The translations under genes and the position numbers were made by a program. The notes under the pieces were generated by a model, which ran no database searches, had not been told where the DNA came from, and was given only the letters and a program-made list of their open reading frames with translations. Below, piece by piece: positions 63,808-64,000 of a stretch of 64,000 nucleotides of DNA. Source of the stretch: Candidatus Binatia bacterium (lineage in GTDB: Bacteria; Desulfobacterota; Binatia; Bin18); the NCBI GenBank assembly GCA_963664395.2, contig OY761159.2, forward strand, positions 640,001 through 704,000, read 5' to 3'. The first letter of the stretch is position 1, and each line of letters starts with the position of its first letter.

Positions 63808-64000
63808 AATCATGCCTGCCTCAACCGGCATTTGCCTCTTGACCACCGTTATGCGGCAGACAACGCCATGTGGTCTTCGGACTATCCTCACACGGCCGCC
63901 ATCTGGCCTCGTTCGCAGGAGTTTATCAAAGATACCTTTAGCGAGCTGTCCGAGACCGACCGCCGGAAGCTCATCCACGACACCGCCGCCCGCGTGTATC
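63808..64000 (+). pseudogene. C-terminal fragment of an amidohydrolase_2 family gene
   Basis: Frame reads ..YAADNAMWSSDYPHTAAIWPRSQEFIKDTFSELSETDRRKLIHDTAARVY; no room for the N-terminal part upstream. Confidence 0.65.

Overview
GC-rich bacterial chromosomal window with no rRNA, tRNA, CRISPR array, integrase or transposase recognised. Gene style suggests a deltaproteobacterium-like, possibly Binatia or host-associated lineage (inference only). The backbone holds a minus-strand alaC-hom-thrC-apgM-glpX-ech-icmA-icmB block, the pyrR-pyrB-pyrC-carA-carB-recG operon with a PyrR attenuator, and a lgt-tlpA-ctpA-xseAB-ispA-tlyA-tenA block. Two defence islets interrupt it. The first has a type IIG restriction-modification fusion, a DUF6338-like membrane protein overlapped by an unannotated 54-aa Pro-rich ORF, and a relic RHH/MazF-like toxin-antitoxin pair. 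The second is a coupled higB, higA-ImmA, type III mod, res unit. The right third is accessory: a large frameshifted secreted LRR/beta-helix protein with a twin C-terminal domain, a YD-repeat protein, a 43-aa-repeat membrane protein, a Tat-signal LLM oxidoreductase, several pseudogenes, a perfect (TACCCCA)17 tract and several REP-like palindrome families. All family calls come from motif recognition by eye; no searches were run.
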